Source: Selaginella moellendorffii (taxonomy: Eukaryota > Plantae > Lycopodiophyta). Taken from it: DNA of 64,000 nt. The first letter of the stretch is position 1. Every line of letters starts with the position of its first letter. Below the pieces are notes generated by a model. It had not been told where the DNA came from and did not search any database. It was given only the letters and a program-made list of their open reading frames with translations. The stretch lies in NCBI RefSeq assembly GCF_000143415.4, contig NW_003314261.1:6887973-6951972 (forward strand), in the 5' to 3' direction. The position numbers and the translations under genes are program-made. This document shows positions 47,549 through 59,194 of this stretch, piece after piece.

Positions 47549-48897
47549 ATGAGAAAGAGCGTGGAGCTGGACGATAGCTCGCTGGTGGAAATCTTCTCCA
47601 AGGTGGGCGATGCGCGGCAGATCGCCCAGTTCTCGCTGGTATGCAAGCGATGGCGAGAGCTGCGTTGGGCAGTCACCCGCCTCCACTTCGATTTCACCGC
47701 GAGGGACAAGACGGCGTTGAGGAAGAAAGAAGACGCCATCACCAGCGTGCTCCAGCGCACCAAGAAGATAGCTCCTGGCTGCCTCAAGGAGCTCAAGGTC
47801 TCGCTCTCCTGCCTCAACCCATCCGAAGCTACAGGCCACTGGCTCTTGTGGCCCGACTCTCTTACGGTTCTAGACCTCGAGGTGTGGGGCTGTCTTGAAT
47901 TGGGACCGGCCGTGTGGAGCTTGTTCTCGTGCTTCCGCAAGCTCGAGAGCTTCCGGATGGCTGGAGACTTTTACAGTTCTAAAAGCCTCTTCGATCAGTC
48001 GCCATTTTCAAGCCTGCGAAGCTGCCAGTTTTGCAGATCTGCAAGTGTGTCTCCCCAGATCCTGGAGGCGCTCCTCGCGGCATGCCCGACGCTGGAGTAT
48101 CTCAGCGTCACGGGCTTTGTGGACACCTCGAACGATCTCACGCTCAAGAGCGCCAGCCTCGAGAGTTTCCAGTTCTCGGGGGATTTCGAGGGCGACGAGG
48201 TTGGAGCGAGAACGAGAAAGTATAGGATTGGTCTTGACGCTCCGAAGCTTGGTGTCTTGAAAGTTGGCGGCTTGGCGGACGGAATGTCTGTTGGGATCTC
48301 ACACCCCGAAAGCTTGCGTGAGCTCGAGCTCTCGTGCTATGGATCGTGTGTGGTCGATAGCAAGCAGTTCTACAATCTCAAGAGGCTGAAGATCGCTGGG
48401 AACTGGGAGCATGCTAGCGTCTTCCACGTCTTGAATCTCACGCCCATGATCACCGAGCTATCCTTTGAGAACACGGAGACCACCAATGGGATTGCCATTC
48501 CAATTGGCGAGATTTTGAGCCCGCTTGTCAGCCTGGAAAGCATCCATTTCGATGGCTTTTCTCTTAAGGTGCATAGATTTAAAGTTTTACTCGTTCTTAC
48601 CACTCAAGCGCTGATCCTTTCGTCTCATTGCAGTGGTTTCAGGGTGATGTAGATCACTTCAAGTTTGAGACGCTCACCGTGCACGTCTGGGTGAATGGCT
48701 TGGAACAGGCCCCGGATCTTGATGTTCTCGGTGACTTGCTTCGCGTGCACCAGATTCGAATGCTCGTGGTGCATTACATCCACGAGGACATGATCAATCC
48801 GGTGTCGCGCTCCATGAACAAACGCTACGTCTCGTGGCGTCTTCTCTTCGACCTCATGCTGTCCTTCCCTTCTCGCATCTCGTTAAAGAAGGAGTGA
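47549..48897 (+). CDS. F-box/LRR-like protein (2 exons)
   Basis: LDDSSLVEIFSKV..SLVCKRWREL is F-box-like, followed by LxxLxL repeats (ACPTLEYLSV). Intron ~48569-48634. Confidence 0.75.
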
Positions 48898-49479
48898 AAG
48901 CGTTGTGCACTAGTTGGAGGCGATTACCCTGCTTCTTTCGTCCCATGCAAGGTGCCCCTGAAGTGGCTGCGAGGATGGTTAAGTCATCAGCCATCGAAGG
49001 AAAGTATCCTCGGGCTTCATCAGTGTGGAACACTATGCTAAGGAGCACCAGAATGTAGAGATGTATTGTGTTGAGACTTTTTATGAGCAATCCATCTGCA
49101 TCTTCTCCAACCTTAGCGTGGCCTTCTGCGTGCAGAACACAAATATGGTTGGCAACTGCTGCCGCTGCCTGGCAATTGGTGTACTATTACAAGGAGTGCT
49201 AGGTGTTTTGGTGTGCCTGAGTAAGGAGCATGGGATATCTTGTTGACAAAGCACTGGCGCAGAATTTGGAGGCAAGTTAAGCCTACTGGTCTGCAAGAAC
49301 ACGACCTACCGTACGTTTGGCAGCGTCGTCAGGAGAAGCCACACCTTGTTGGATGTTAAGTCCATCACGGTTTCCACAGCAACAGCCTTACGGAAACAAA
49401 AACAAGTCAGATTTGAAACCAGTGCCAGCCTTCCAACTCGATCCACAAAACTTTTCCTATGCTGGTCTGAGTGACGGGC

Positions 49480-52400
49480 GATAAACCACTGCCTTTGAAT
49501 ATTCATCTATAGGCCACTCTGCCCCAGTGCCCTGTGCTCAAATCCCATTCTCCAGACAACGAGATTGGCCTCTATCACACCAAGCGATTCCATCAGCCAA
49601 ATATGGCTTCAAGGAGCAAAACCAAGCCACCCTTGTCATCATGCCAAAGCCATCACCTAAAGGAAAAGTATTGGGCATGTATTGATACACTACTTTTTGA
49701 TTTATATACACATCCTAGTTCTTGTGATTGCACCTTGATCTCTCTTTGGTTCCCAACACTCCCCCTCAATCTGATGTCTATTAATTAAATCACTACTCCC
49801 CCTATGAGACCAGTTCGAGTTGTCTTTGAAGTCATTCAAACAGTCAGACTTCAATTATAGCCTTTGTGCCATAGTCATCTTTGTTGTGGGAATGTATCTC
49901 AGCTTGACTTGTTCTTTTTTTATCTGCTCCTTGATAAAGTAATGAAACATCTCAAAGTGTTTGTTTCTCCCATGATGCATTGGATTCACAATGGATTGTG
50001 TTGTCATTGTAGACATTCAATGGTACTTGCATCTCAAAATTGATATCTTGGAGCATGTGTTGAATTCATAAAGCTTCATTAACAGCTTCACAAGTAGACA
50101 ATGCCACCATCCTTTGTTTTTGGCTGCATTAGAGAATTTGAACACATACCCAGTTGTTGATCTCCTATCATCTAGATTGCCGGCAAGATCAGCATCTACC
50201 ATGCCATATGGTATAAGTGCACCTGATCTAATTTCTCTTCCTGCCATCCCTTTGTACTCGAGATAAAGCGATGAAGTTTGTTGTACATAGTTAAAAATCT
50301 GCTCTGCTGCATATCAATGTCTCTTTTTGGGATTTTGCATGAACTAGCACACTTTGGAAACAGTTGTAGCTATGTCTGGTTTGCTTGATAGAGCTAAATA
50401 CATTAACGCTCTAACCATAGCCATCTCCTTCTTCTCCCCCTTGGAACATGGTTGACTTGCTTTGGAGAGCTTGTTGAATTGAAGCATTAGAGTTACAGTT
50501 GGGTGTGCAATAAAGAAACCACCAAGACTTGAGATAGACCTTTAGAATTTAATTTTTCCTATCATGCACAATTTTCAATTTTTAGTCCAAATAAAAGGAA
50601 ATTTTACCAAGATTTGTTATTCGAAGTTGTTTGGAGAGTTGTTCTTTAAGCCATTTAAGATTTGTTGTGTTTCTGGCCATGATTAGATTGTCAACATAAA
50701 CACACGAGAATAAGTAAGCCATCATGAAAACAATAGATTCTTATGACTATTTTAATCCATAAATGGATTGTCAGAGTTTACAAATATAGCATTCCTTCCC
50801 CTGGATCGCAAAACCTAGTGGTTGTTGCATATACACCAACTTGCCATTGAGAAATGCATTCTTGACAACCATCTACTCAACCTAAGGTCTAAGTGATTAG
50901 CAATTGTAACAACAAAATGAATAAAAGCCATCTTAACTATGGGTGAGAAAATCTCACTTGGTTTGTTGTATGTATCTGATTGAAGCCTTACAAAGAACCT
51001 CTTGTGGTGAAATGACTGTCTAAGAACCATTCTCCAATTGAGCATGATATTCATCTTGCATTGCTTCTCGCTAATGAAAATGTTATGGTCCAGAGAGTGC
51101 TTCATCTAAGTTTGTTGGCTCGTGAATGACTTGTGTGGTTTATGCATAATAACATAAAATGTGGGATGTAGGTTTCTAAGGTCTGAGAGAACATCTTGGT
51201 AGTGAATTAGCATTTGGAGCATTTAGAGATTCACCATTCTCTCATTGTGATAAGCCATTATTCTCTAGATCTGCTTGAACCATATTTAACTCATTAGAAT
51301 AATAAAGTGAAGTACCTCATTCTAAGAGTTTAGAGCCATTATCATCCATAGCTAGAGAAAAAACTTCTTGTGCTGACTGATGATGCTAGTACATCTTCTC
51401 AAAAGAAAATAGTATACTTTACCAGCACTTTCTTTTGATTGAAAATCCAAACCTGATAGCCACCTTTAGTATTCTCACTATAGCCAAACATCATGCATCT
51501 CGTTGAATGATCTTCTTATTTATTTTGTCTTTCCTCAGATGAAATGTATAAGTATCCTACACACCCAAACACATGTAAGTATGTAATAGATGGTTTTGAA
51601 CATGTCCAAATTTCATATGGCATTTTATCCAATACTGCTTTTGTAGGTAGAATATTTTGCACATGAATTCACAGCCTTGGCCCAAAAGAATACTGGAACA
51701 TTGGACGCCTTGAGTATCAATCTGGTTGCATCAAGGATTGTTAACATCTTCTACTCCACAACCCTGTTTTGACCATGTTCATATGGTGTAGAGATTTGGA
51801 GGAAGATACCATGTGATGCAAGGATCATCTGGAATTCTCATGAGAGAAGTTCCTGTCCTCCATACTCCATTGACTATGAATGTGCAAATTGTCATCCCAC
51901 ATTTATTTTCTGACTTTTGAATCCATTCTATGAACTTACAAGGTGCCTCAGATTTCTATCTTAAGAAATAAACAGCTATGTAACAACTTAGATCATCCAC
52001 AATTAGCAGGAAGTAATGAATACTATTGACTTTTCCAGTGACACTCCCCAAATGTCGACATGAACTAAGTCTAAAACATTTTTACCTTAAGTAGATGTTT
52101 TCTTTGGAAGTGGTTTCTTTTTTATCTTAGCTTGAAGACATACCTCACATGTGTCCGAATTTGTGTTCTTCAAGTCTGGCATTCCAAATACTTGCTCAAA
52201 CAACATCGCTCTCACAATGACATTGTTCTGTTTGAAATCTTTATGCCGTCGCTGATATGCTTGTCTTTGCTCCATAGACATTCAAGAAACTTCTTCTGGA
52301 GGGAGAAGAACCAGCACTTCCTCACGGCCTTTGACCACTCCGAATACCTTCTTCTTGGAGAACTTGGCTTCCATGATGGAAAACCATCGAAATGCATTAT

Positions 52401-52660
52401 CATGAGAAAGAAGAAGCTTCTTTTTTTCCTTTCCCTTCCCCATCTCAACTTGAGCCCTTACTGTCTAGCCTATTCTTGCCTTAAAGGAGAAACGTTCATA
52501 TCCACACACTGCTTCTGTGGTGCAAATTGCTGCACACTGCTGTGCCCAGTACTTTTCCTTTACACCTGTATCAGAGGAGTCAAAAGATTCTGCTTTTCCA
52601 TATACACGTCCTAGTTCTTAGTTCCTTTGATTGTGCCTTGATCTCTTCTTGGTTCCAACA
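49480..52660 (-). mobile_element. Degenerate Ty1/Copia LTR retrotransposon, gag/protease apparently deleted
   Basis: PPT TGAGGGGGAG is followed by TGTTGG at 49758 (minus strand), and a similar LTR start lies at 52660. Integrase CEVCLQAK, RT IFSPIVK and RNaseH DADLAGNLDDRRSTTGYVF, with many stops. Left LTR end is approximate. Confidence 0.85.
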
Positions 52661-53094
52661 TAAACTACAGTCCCTGTCCTCATGTTTGTTACACCCAGCC
52701 GCTTGTAAAGTAGTGCTGGCCATTGTTCTCACACAGCCTCGTCACACACAAATCCTGCTGCCGCAAAACGCAACACACACTCTCTCCACATTGTTCAGCC
52801 TTGTCTTCCAAGCCAGTTGTAATCCTCAGGCTGGGGCACAATTGCAGCCAAAGTCGTAAAAGCCCTGGATACTAAGTAGTCATCCATGTCTGGGAACATG
52901 CTTGTGTGCTGAAGGCTTGCGAGACACCGTAAACAACTAACGAATGAATGAATCTACCCTCTGTGCAAAACTACTCATGAATGAATCATAATGTCAAATT
53001 CATATTAAGCACTTGTTGACTGCCCAGCATTAGCTGGCTGGGCAAATTAAAATTATGATCAACATCTCGAAAGATTTTGAAAGCCTTTTATCGA

Positions 53095-53850
53095 TTTGAT
53101 AGTTTTAGGGCGGAGAAAGGTCATGGAAACGGTGGAATCAGTGGTGGAGTTCATGAAAGCAGTCCTTAAAATTAGAGCTCCTTTGGCTGGTGGTGCGTGA
53201 AGCCTGACTGGATGGAGGTGGATTATGGGCCTTATGTCATCTGATAATAGGCCTAAACCGGTTAAATCGCAAGAGGAGTTGGGGAAGGAAAAGGAGCTGT
53301 TGGAATTTTACAGCCATGGAAGTGTATTTGGCACTATTTGCTTCAATTGGGTTTGCTATAGGCGCTGTGGATTTATGATTCAGGTCGCTTGTGTAGCTAG
53401 GAGCATCCTCCACACACAAAAATATTTTCTTTGACACATGGCGGAAGGAAAACGCTGGCGGACGAATGTCCTCGCAATTCACGGTGGTGGTCAGCTCGGT
53501 CATGCTGTATGAGCGCTGCTTCTGCGGTCTTTTGGGTGGATCTTACTTAAAACCTTATGCTTCTTGGATCACGAGGCAATTTCTTGGATGATTGATACAA
53601 GACAACTCCCATGGCGGACGCCACAGCTCATGAAGATCGTCGCATGGAGGCCAGGCACATCACCAGCACCAAGAACGCCGAAGGTGGCAGGCAAAAGATT
53701 TTTAAATCAAACGTCAATTATTGGTTCTTTGGACACATCCCTATTAGGTACGCTACCAATTTATGATGGAACCAAAGCCAGCAATCATGGAGCGTCTCTT
53801 CTTTGCCATATGTTTTCATTTCTTCTCTGGGGTAAAAGGTGAGGTATATC
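53095..53850 (+). pseudogene. Decayed gene fragment, possibly an MFS transporter; partial paralogue at ~47105-47175
   Basis: GTTTTAGGGCGGAGAAA.G..ATGGA and GTGGA.TATGGGC are shared with 47107-47173. Fragments PLAGGA..TGWRWIM and AGGRMSSQF. Confidence 0.25.
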
Positions 53851-53953
53851 TGCAGTTGCTGTAACATGCTTGAAGAGCAAGTATCATTTTCGATTAGAGT
53901 CTACTGGCATGGTTTTGGCATGATCAGCACAGAGGAATTGAAGGTGTTTCTGA

Positions 53954-53969
53954 GTGTGTGTGTGTGTGT

Positions 53970-54007
<38 letters not shown>
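53954..54007. repeat. Compound microsatellite (GT)n(CT)n
   Basis: Seen directly in the sequence. Confidence 0.95.
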
Positions 54008-54011
<4 letters not shown>

Positions 54012-56336
54012 ATGCTGCAAGATGCAAGAAATTTAGTATGGTTTATTTATCTTTGAACACAATATTTTCCTGATTTCCTGATGAAAAAAACTTTGCAAGT
54101 GAGAAAGATTTTAAGGAGAAAGGCAACATCACAACACTCTTGAGCAATGAAGAAACCTTTTTCAGACACGTCCTTTAAACTTTGTTTGCAGTGGCTCAAG
54201 AAGATATTCACATGTCCAAGCTGACATACTATATATGCGCAAATCTAAATGTTGATAAACTTTTCTATTGCATAACTCTAATGAATGTATTTGCATAGAA
54301 GATAAATTAATACATTAGCTTATTAATGTTGGATAATAAACTATGAAATGCTTTTGGTTCAGTGAAATAAAATCAACTACAAAATGTTTTTTTTTCTCTT
54401 GGTTCTATTTGGTTCAACTTTACAATTTAACTCTCAAGTCATATGAGGATTGAATTCCTTAGGAGTCAATTGCATATTGGTGTTTCAAGAAGAATGCCTT
54501 TATCTACAATGCAATATGAACAAATTGAGTGAAGTTGAGAAATTGTACATCACCTAAAAGCTATTTGTTGTATGAAGTTAAGTTGGTTGAGTTGTTTATA
54601 AAATGGAGTTGGGCTCATGGCCTTCTTTTGGCAACCATTCATTTTGAGTTTTGTAAACTCAATGGTAATGAAGTTCTTAAATGGAAGCTATTCAAGATCA
54701 CATACTATGAAAGGTGTTAAGAACCTCTCTTCTTCATATATAGTTTGCAAAATGTAAATGGTCCTCTTTATTACAATCTCCACCATAGTGTCCAAACCTT
54801 TTTCTTTTTTCTTAAGCTTGTTATTGAAGTCATTTAAAGTGTGCATTTGCTCCTCATATGTAAGATTTGACTTTGAGATGTTGTAAATAATATCATTTGA
54901 AATATTTTCTACTAAGAAACAACCTTTGTGAGTAACCTTCAAGTAAATATGCACAAAAGTTACTTTCATGACAGGCAATCTATTATGATATCAAATCACT
55001 CATTTGGTTGTTAAGGGTTAGTCATGCTAAGTAATTTCTTTACCTTTGTCTTCTTTATAACTTGTCAATTGCAATTAAGAAGCTAAAACAAGGAATATAT
55101 TAATATTTATTTCAAGGCCATTTTATTTGTAAAGATTATAGATATCCATATTGAAAAAGTAACCCTTTATCAGTCCCTCTTGTGCTAGTAGAATTAATTA
55201 GGCATTTCGAATGTATTTAGACTGGATGAGCATAAGGATAGAATTCCTACATGCTATTAGCTAAGTATACATAGCATAGTAAAAAGTTCCTGTCTCGTTA
55301 TGTCTTGCATTAGCCAGTGATAAGAACCCTCGTATATTGAGACTATTCCCTCAATATTGCTAGATGATAACTTACCATGTCTGTCAAACACCCTCACTAT
55401 CATGTATTTTGTATTAGTTTCATTTCGGTCTCATATGCTATTTATAGAAAGTGTCTAAATTTGTTTATGTCCAAATTTGCAATCTAAGGATATTCTATAT
55501 TTAGTAAGTTTCAAGCTTGTCATAGAAATTTAACTCTTGGTACTAAGGGAACCTTGGGGTGAAAGTCTTCCTCTAAGGGGGGTTACGAGGGGTTCTAAAT
55601 GTATAGTAGGGATAGTGGGTATGTTGGGTATAATTGACTAACCTAAGGTTTAGTCTAGCTTTCGCTTGCGTACTTGTCCTTGTTTTACATCCCGGCTTGG
55701 GTTTAAGCCCAAGTTCCACACCATGCTAATTGGTGAAGTATCCATATCCTTGCATTAAGCCACCAGTATGCTAAAATAGTGCCAAACTCCATTTGGCTCC
55801 GTTTTACGTGCGAGTCTTGGCATTAGGATGCTGGATGCTCTAGGATTGTTCTAAGTCACTCTATACTCCTGTTTCTTCACTCCTTGGATTGTACATTCAG
55901 GAGTTACTCTGTGCTTTAGTACTTTCGCTCTTTGGCTCTAGGCTTAAGAGTTTGGCTCCATTCTTTTGTTCAGTGGCCAAGGGCCTTGAAATTTAGGTTT
56001 TGCACCACTGTCCTTGGACACATGCATGTGGCACGTGGCATGTGACATGTGGCACATAGACAGTTTAGGTTTTGCTTCATGGTTATCCTATAGTAAATCA
56101 CTATAGGATAAAGGGTAAAAACCATGTGTACTAGAGGATACGTTTTAGTGAGTACTATTCAATGAGATTGGGCAATTAGTCTTGTTGCATATGCAAAGAT
56201 GAAAATGATGATCCAAATGGGTATATGTTTGGGTACAAAAGCTTCACATATATCTTTGGGTATGAATTTTGGTTATCTTTTGTACCATATTATGTGCACT
56301 TGCTCTTGGGCTCATAAGATAGAATGCAATATTCTG

Positions 56337-56490
56337 TTTGCATGAGTTTGCACTTAGGCTCGTGAGTGAGACACATTAGCAATTCAAGGTTACATTTTGA
56401 GTTTGCAAGATGGATTTGAGGTATACCATTTTTGCATGAGTTTGCGCTTAGGCTCATGAGTAAGGCACATTAACAACTCAAGGTTACATT
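56337..56490. repeat. Two ~60-bp direct repeats
   Basis: TTTGCATGAGTTTGC.CTTAGGCTC.TGAGT.AG.CACATTA.CAA.TCAAGGTTACATT at ~56337 and ~56431. Confidence 0.8.
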
Positions 56491-57699
56491 GTGTTAGCTA
56501 TTAATATAGGTATGTGGAAAGATAGATTGAAATTGTAGAAATGGATTGGGAAATATGAAAATTATCAAAGGTATATGAGTAATTTTGTCTTAATTTATCT
56601 TTAATTTTAAATACACAAGCTATTAAGATCCGGCCTTAAATAACAAAATAAAGCTTAGCCCTGCTCAAATTATACTAGAGGCATCCAATTGGATCCAGAT
56701 GGTTGCAATACAATGGTCAAAATTAACATTGGAAAATTAACTGATATGCAATATTGGAAAATTATGCTTATAAACCAGCTATCCCATTTATAAAGACTGC
56801 AGATGAGGTTTCAAGCATGCTGCTTTCCATGGATGATGCAACAGGGATGCCTTGCTAAATACAAAAAGCTGGAACCTATCACATGGGGATCAATGTACAT
56901 GGAATCAGTTCAGACCATATTGCCACTATGATTGCCAGGGATGTGAAGGAGGAATTGTTTGGCTCAATTCCTTATTCTAGTACATGCTGAACAATTTGGA
57001 CAAATACTGGCCAAACTCAAATTCGACATCATCAGACCACCTTGCCATATTCCTGTCCTTACTCACCACCAATCCATAGGTGATCCTCTAGATAGCTACT
57101 TTTCTATAAATCTGAGAATGGATGCAAGCAGCCACTATTGAGGTGGCAAAAAAACCTACCAACCCAGATTTAGAGTTCATCCCACACAACTACACTAAGA
57201 CAAACATATGTAAATTCATCCCAGTCTAATAGTAGAAGTCTCCAATGTTTTCAAGACGTGATGGTAATGAAAGTAATGGTGCTTTTTCACCTACACTATC
57301 TTCACAATGCATGCCAGTATGGTCACAAGGCTTACCACTGAATCAGAAATGTGATTACCATGATGGAAAAATGTCTACCAAGGTAACACTATAGAAGATT
57401 ATCACACCACCATCAATCTTTAAAACATTCGAAGCCAATGCAAGCTCAAATAAACAGAAGCTATGTAAGAGGCTTAGTGCAAGAAAACAGTGATAAATAA
57501 TTTCTATTTTCTTCTTCCATAATTGGCATCTATTGAAAATATTCTTGTGATTGCTCACATAGTGTACTCCACAGTATATCCATCATTTGATAAGGAGGAA
57601 ATGGCTTTTTGCACTGGATCATAACATTGATATCAGAGAGGTTGGTTGTGATGGCTGACCAAGTTGAACGTTAGAATCCTATTGTCGATAGTGGTGCCG

Positions 57700-58927
57700 A
57701 AGATGGTGCCAACGGAGCTACAGAGGCTTGGACCATTCAAGATGTTGTTCATAAGCTAGGAGCCCTTAATTGAAATCAGCAAAAGATGCAAGACAAAATG
57801 TATGGTATGATGGATACCATGCATGAGTGTGTTGAGGCACTCGAGGCTAAACATGGTAGCGCTCTGAGTAAGCCTTCCTTGGTAGATTGACTCAAACTTT
57901 AAATTTTTTTCGGTGATAGTGGTGTGGACGAGTGTCTCGCTTGGCTAGCCAATGTGAAGAAGTTTTTGATTACTAGGGGAACTCCGGATGTAGAGGCTTT
58001 AGTGGCTGTTCCAATGGTTTTGCATGATGTGGGTCTTCGATGGTGGAATTGGCTTGAGGAGTCTCAGTTGTAGATAAGAAACCACCAATGTCTATCATGG
58101 ATGAGTTTGAGGTTGCTTTCTATTTATGTTTTACCCCTCACTACGATGTGGAGAATACTCACACAGAATTTCGACATTTCCAGTCAGAGAAAATGACACT
58201 TAGAAACTATATTGAGAAGCTTACTCGCTTGATTAGCCATGTTCCAACGAAAGATCTAGATCAGAACAAGTTCTACTTCATTGATGGCCTTTATAGTGAG
58301 AGGATATGGCAACACTTGTGTCATTCTTAGCCTACAAAGAGTTTGGAGGAGCTTTTTGATGCGGCTTGTCAACTTGACAATGACAAGCACAAATCTCACA
58401 AGTGTTTGTAGAGTCCTTTTGTCGAGAATCGTCATGATGATTGTTGTGAACACAAGGATAGGAACAAGCATCACAAGCTAAAGTCGCTAGTGATTACTTC
58501 GGATGCAAAGTGTCAAAGAAGCAGAAGTTCTTTGTGAAGAATTACAGACAAGATTGCCATCATTGTGGCAAGCTTGATTATTACAAAGCTAATTGTCCAT
58601 AGCTGAAGAACAAGTAGTAGAGCAAAAAGAATGGCCAATCTTTTACTGACAGTAAGTCAAATACTAAAAAGTTGCAAACTTTGTAGCATAAGGATGACGG
58701 AGATGACCATTCTAGTTGGAGAAATAGGCTTTCGATTGTTGCTCATCAACTCAACTGTGTGTGGAACAAAATGAAGCTTGAGGACACTCATGAATCAGCT
58801 TTAATGCTGAGGGGTATATTTTATGGCGGTCCAGTATGAATTTTACTAGATTGTGGGAGTGATGACAACTTTGTTTTGGCAAAATTTATTATGGAGCATG
58901 TCTGGTCACACAAAGAGTTCTTCTATA
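57700..58927 (+). mobile_element. Degenerate Ty3/Gypsy gag-protease remnant, truncated on the right
   Basis: Retrotrans_gag-like RWWNWL..FYFIDGL, a decayed zinc knuckle CHHCGKLDYYKANCP, and protease motif ILLDCGSDDNFV. Multiple stops. Confidence 0.75.
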
Positions 58928-59194
58928 GAGGGGCTGGGTAGTTTTTGAGCTGAGCTCAAGTCAATGAAAGTCAACGAAAGTCAAAGGAAGTCAATACAAT
59001 CCCCTAACTAGCGAAAGTTTAATGGCACTACCTTAGTTCGTCCCGAACCAAGAATTTTTAACATAAAATCTAGGTGTTTAAGGTATTCCATAAGCTCATG
59101 TAGATTATTGGTTCGACATGAACTAATCTTTTAGTCTACAAAAAAAGAAAATAATATATTAAACAATATAATTTATATTAAAATCAGAATATAT

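Noticed and set aside
48900-49480. GC-richer, coding-like stretch downstream of the F-box/LRR gene
   Set aside because: Short interrupted ORFs and no family recognisable by eye.
54800-57650. Possible LTR/UTR of the Gypsy remnant, including a CACGTG/CATGTG cluster at ~56020-56056
   Set aside because: I could not identify a TG..CA boundary, PBS or partner LTR in the window.
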